A stretch of 64,000 nucleotides of DNA. Origin: Botryllus schlosseri. Taxonomy: Eukaryota. The notes under the pieces were generated by a model, which was given only the letters and a program-made list of their open reading frames with translations, was not told the DNA's origin and made no database searches. Below are positions 61,832-64,000 of the stretch, one piece after another (position 1 is the stretch's first letter; the number at the start of each line of letters is the position of its first letter). The stretch is from assembly GCA_051294905.1 (NCBI GenBank), contig CM119372.1, forward strand, positions 25,112,001-25,176,000, written 5' to 3'. A program made the position numbers and the translations under genes.

Positions 61832-62313
61832 ATGACAATTACTGTTAAACTTGTAATTGATTGATCATAAATTCAACTTCTGAAGAGAGCTGCTTTTTGA
61901 CAACCGTAGCGACGTAATTAGCAACTATCACAAGTCAAGAAAGTTAGTCAAGTACAATTAGAAGTAGCGAAGCGAAAATCTACTCGAGTACGAGCAGAAG
62001 TAATCCTTTTAAAAGCCGCCTAAAAGTACTTGAAGTAGAAGTAGAATTGACTGACTGACTTAAAATCTACTCAAGTAAGTAATTAGTTGTGAAAACGGTC
62101 GTAATTCGTTCGTATGGACTGTCAAAAGTTGCAAATTGGGTTATACCAGTGGTTCTTAACCTTGTCTCCAGCGCCCCCAGGGGGAGATTTGTATTTTATA
62201 GGGAGCGGAAACGCTCAGGGGCGATATGGGGTGCGCTGGGCTCGGGGGGCGGTATGGGGGGCGCTGAACAAAATGGCCTCGCAGTAGCTGGTATAGTAAT
62301 GATATATGATTCT

Positions 62314-63642
62314 CAGAGGTGGTCAGTAACGAAGTACTTCTACTTTTTCGAAGTACTCAAGTAGTTATCCTCTACTTCTGTTACTTACTCAAGTAGATCT
62401 GATTTTTGCTACTTCTACTTCGTAATATTTCGTGATCTACTTACTTACTTTTCGCTATTTTCAGTTTGTCAAGTAGAAGTAGTTCAATCTTCCAATCAGG
62501 AAGATAGCATGAAGAATTTCCGGGCTGTTTTCACGGAGTATCAACATTTAATTTTCATAAAAATTGAGTAAAGCCCAGAATTTTCGTCGCGCTTCGTGCG
62601 CAGTGGATACGGAGTTACCAGTATGATTTCACGAAAGTATCGATGAATCTAATTTAGGTAGCGGTTGGCGTGGTTCCGTTCACACAGGGATATATAGAAT
62701 TAGATATCTCGGTATCCTGGCGCTCACACCACATTGTCCTCCTTCGCCCTATGAAAATTCATCCATGTACATATGCATCATCATAACGTTTGAGACTGAT
62801 GTTTCGCAATGTAACATTTACTTGTCATATCGCAATCTAGCATGTCCATGGCGCGGCCTAACCTGGATAAGTGGACTCTGACATTTTTTGTTAGTTTAAG
62901 AGCTATTTTAGCATACCACCTTTGAAACTTTCTGGACTAAAGGCATGAAAAACGTGCTCCGCTTTTAGAAGTAGTATCTACGTTTCATTTTCAATTTCCA
63001 GTATCATATACTTTGAGTTATAATTAATATCAGTTCTTTTGTCTGGATAACATACATGTTGAAGTATAAAAGCAAGTGTAGTAATGCCTTTAATTTCCGG
63101 AAATAAAGCTACACAATATCGCATTTTTACGGTCCACTATATTTTAGATTAACGTCTACTAATCGCGCAAAGTGTTTACACCGTATCCTATACAACTTCT
63201 CCGTATTGCTCTTCGACTAAACTACGCACCTTATAATATGGAGGATGGCGTTATACCATGCTATTTTCTAAAACGTGCAGTTCGAGAAAACAGAGGTTAA
63301 GTATCGCATTTCCATATCAATCCTGTAATTTTCTTCCCATGCAATGGAATGCTTATGCTATCGAAAATTGGATGCCTGCTGGTATGCATCAATATGAATC
63401 AAGCTCGTCACCTTTCGCATTGCTCAATTTGCACCTTTTTACAATCCATGTGAACGAATTAGGATCGTTTTTACAACTACTTACTTACTTGAGTACTTTT
63501 AAAGTCAGTCGATTCTACTTCTACTTCAAGTAGTTTTAGCGTGCTTATGGAAGAAGTACTTCTACTCGTACTTGAGTATATTTTTACGTCGCTACTTCTA
63601 CTTCTACTTGAGTAGCTTTCTTGACTACTTTGACCACCTCTG
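62314..63642. mobile_element. 1.33-kb CAGAGGTGGTCA hAT-type element (copy of 37366-38647)
   Basis: TIRs cagaggtggtca...tgaccacctctg; perfect TSD atgattct. Confidence 0.92.
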
Positions 63643-64000
63643 ATGATTCTATACAGTAGAACAATAGTTCTATATATCGCCGAGTACTCATTGCAAACTG
63701 ACCTTCGACATAATCTGTCAAATCACGACGTTTTTCGTCGCGCGCCGGGCGCAATGTACATAGGGTTACCATACGTCCTCTTTTTTTGACTTTTTTGAAA
63801 GTGTCCTCGGAGGACACCCAAATGCCCTCTTTATTTGAGATTTTGTCCTCTTTTTGAGAATTTTGGTCAGATATAGGGCTAAATTCGATAAGTCAGCACT
63901 GCAGCAACGCTCCGGCGGCTATTTCGGGAGCTGGACCAGAAAGTTGACCTTTTTTAGTCAAAAAACTGTATTTTCGGAAGTTGACCTTTTTTCAACCGAC

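Overview
Eukaryotic, intron-rich, TE-dense animal DNA. An invertebrate chordate such as a tunicate is plausible, but that is inference only. I reconstructed three loci by hand. (1) A 9-exon + strand gene (1172-8406, ~352 aa) matches only the non-catalytic C-terminal tail of the 5'-3' exoribonuclease XRN1 and appears to have its own start codon and CpG-rich promoter. (2) A complete 12-coding-exon KDM2 histone demethylase (19277-30388, ~914 aa: JmjC, CXXC, F-box, LRR) has no detectable PHD finger and needs a GC-AG intron inside JmjC. (3) An intronless PPAR-type nuclear receptor (minus, 40842-42629/42746) sits in a head-to-tail tandem duplication whose second copy is a pseudogene disrupted by indels, stops and a tRNA-Gly-derived SINE. 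The rest is truncated LINEs (CR1/L2 group and an I-group element with RNase H), SINEs and many nested 8-bp-TSD (hAT-type) non-autonomous DNA transposons. These include a 655-bp foldback and a TIR element carrying a telomere-like (AACCCTAA) minisatellite. Homology calls rest on remembered family motifs, not database searches.
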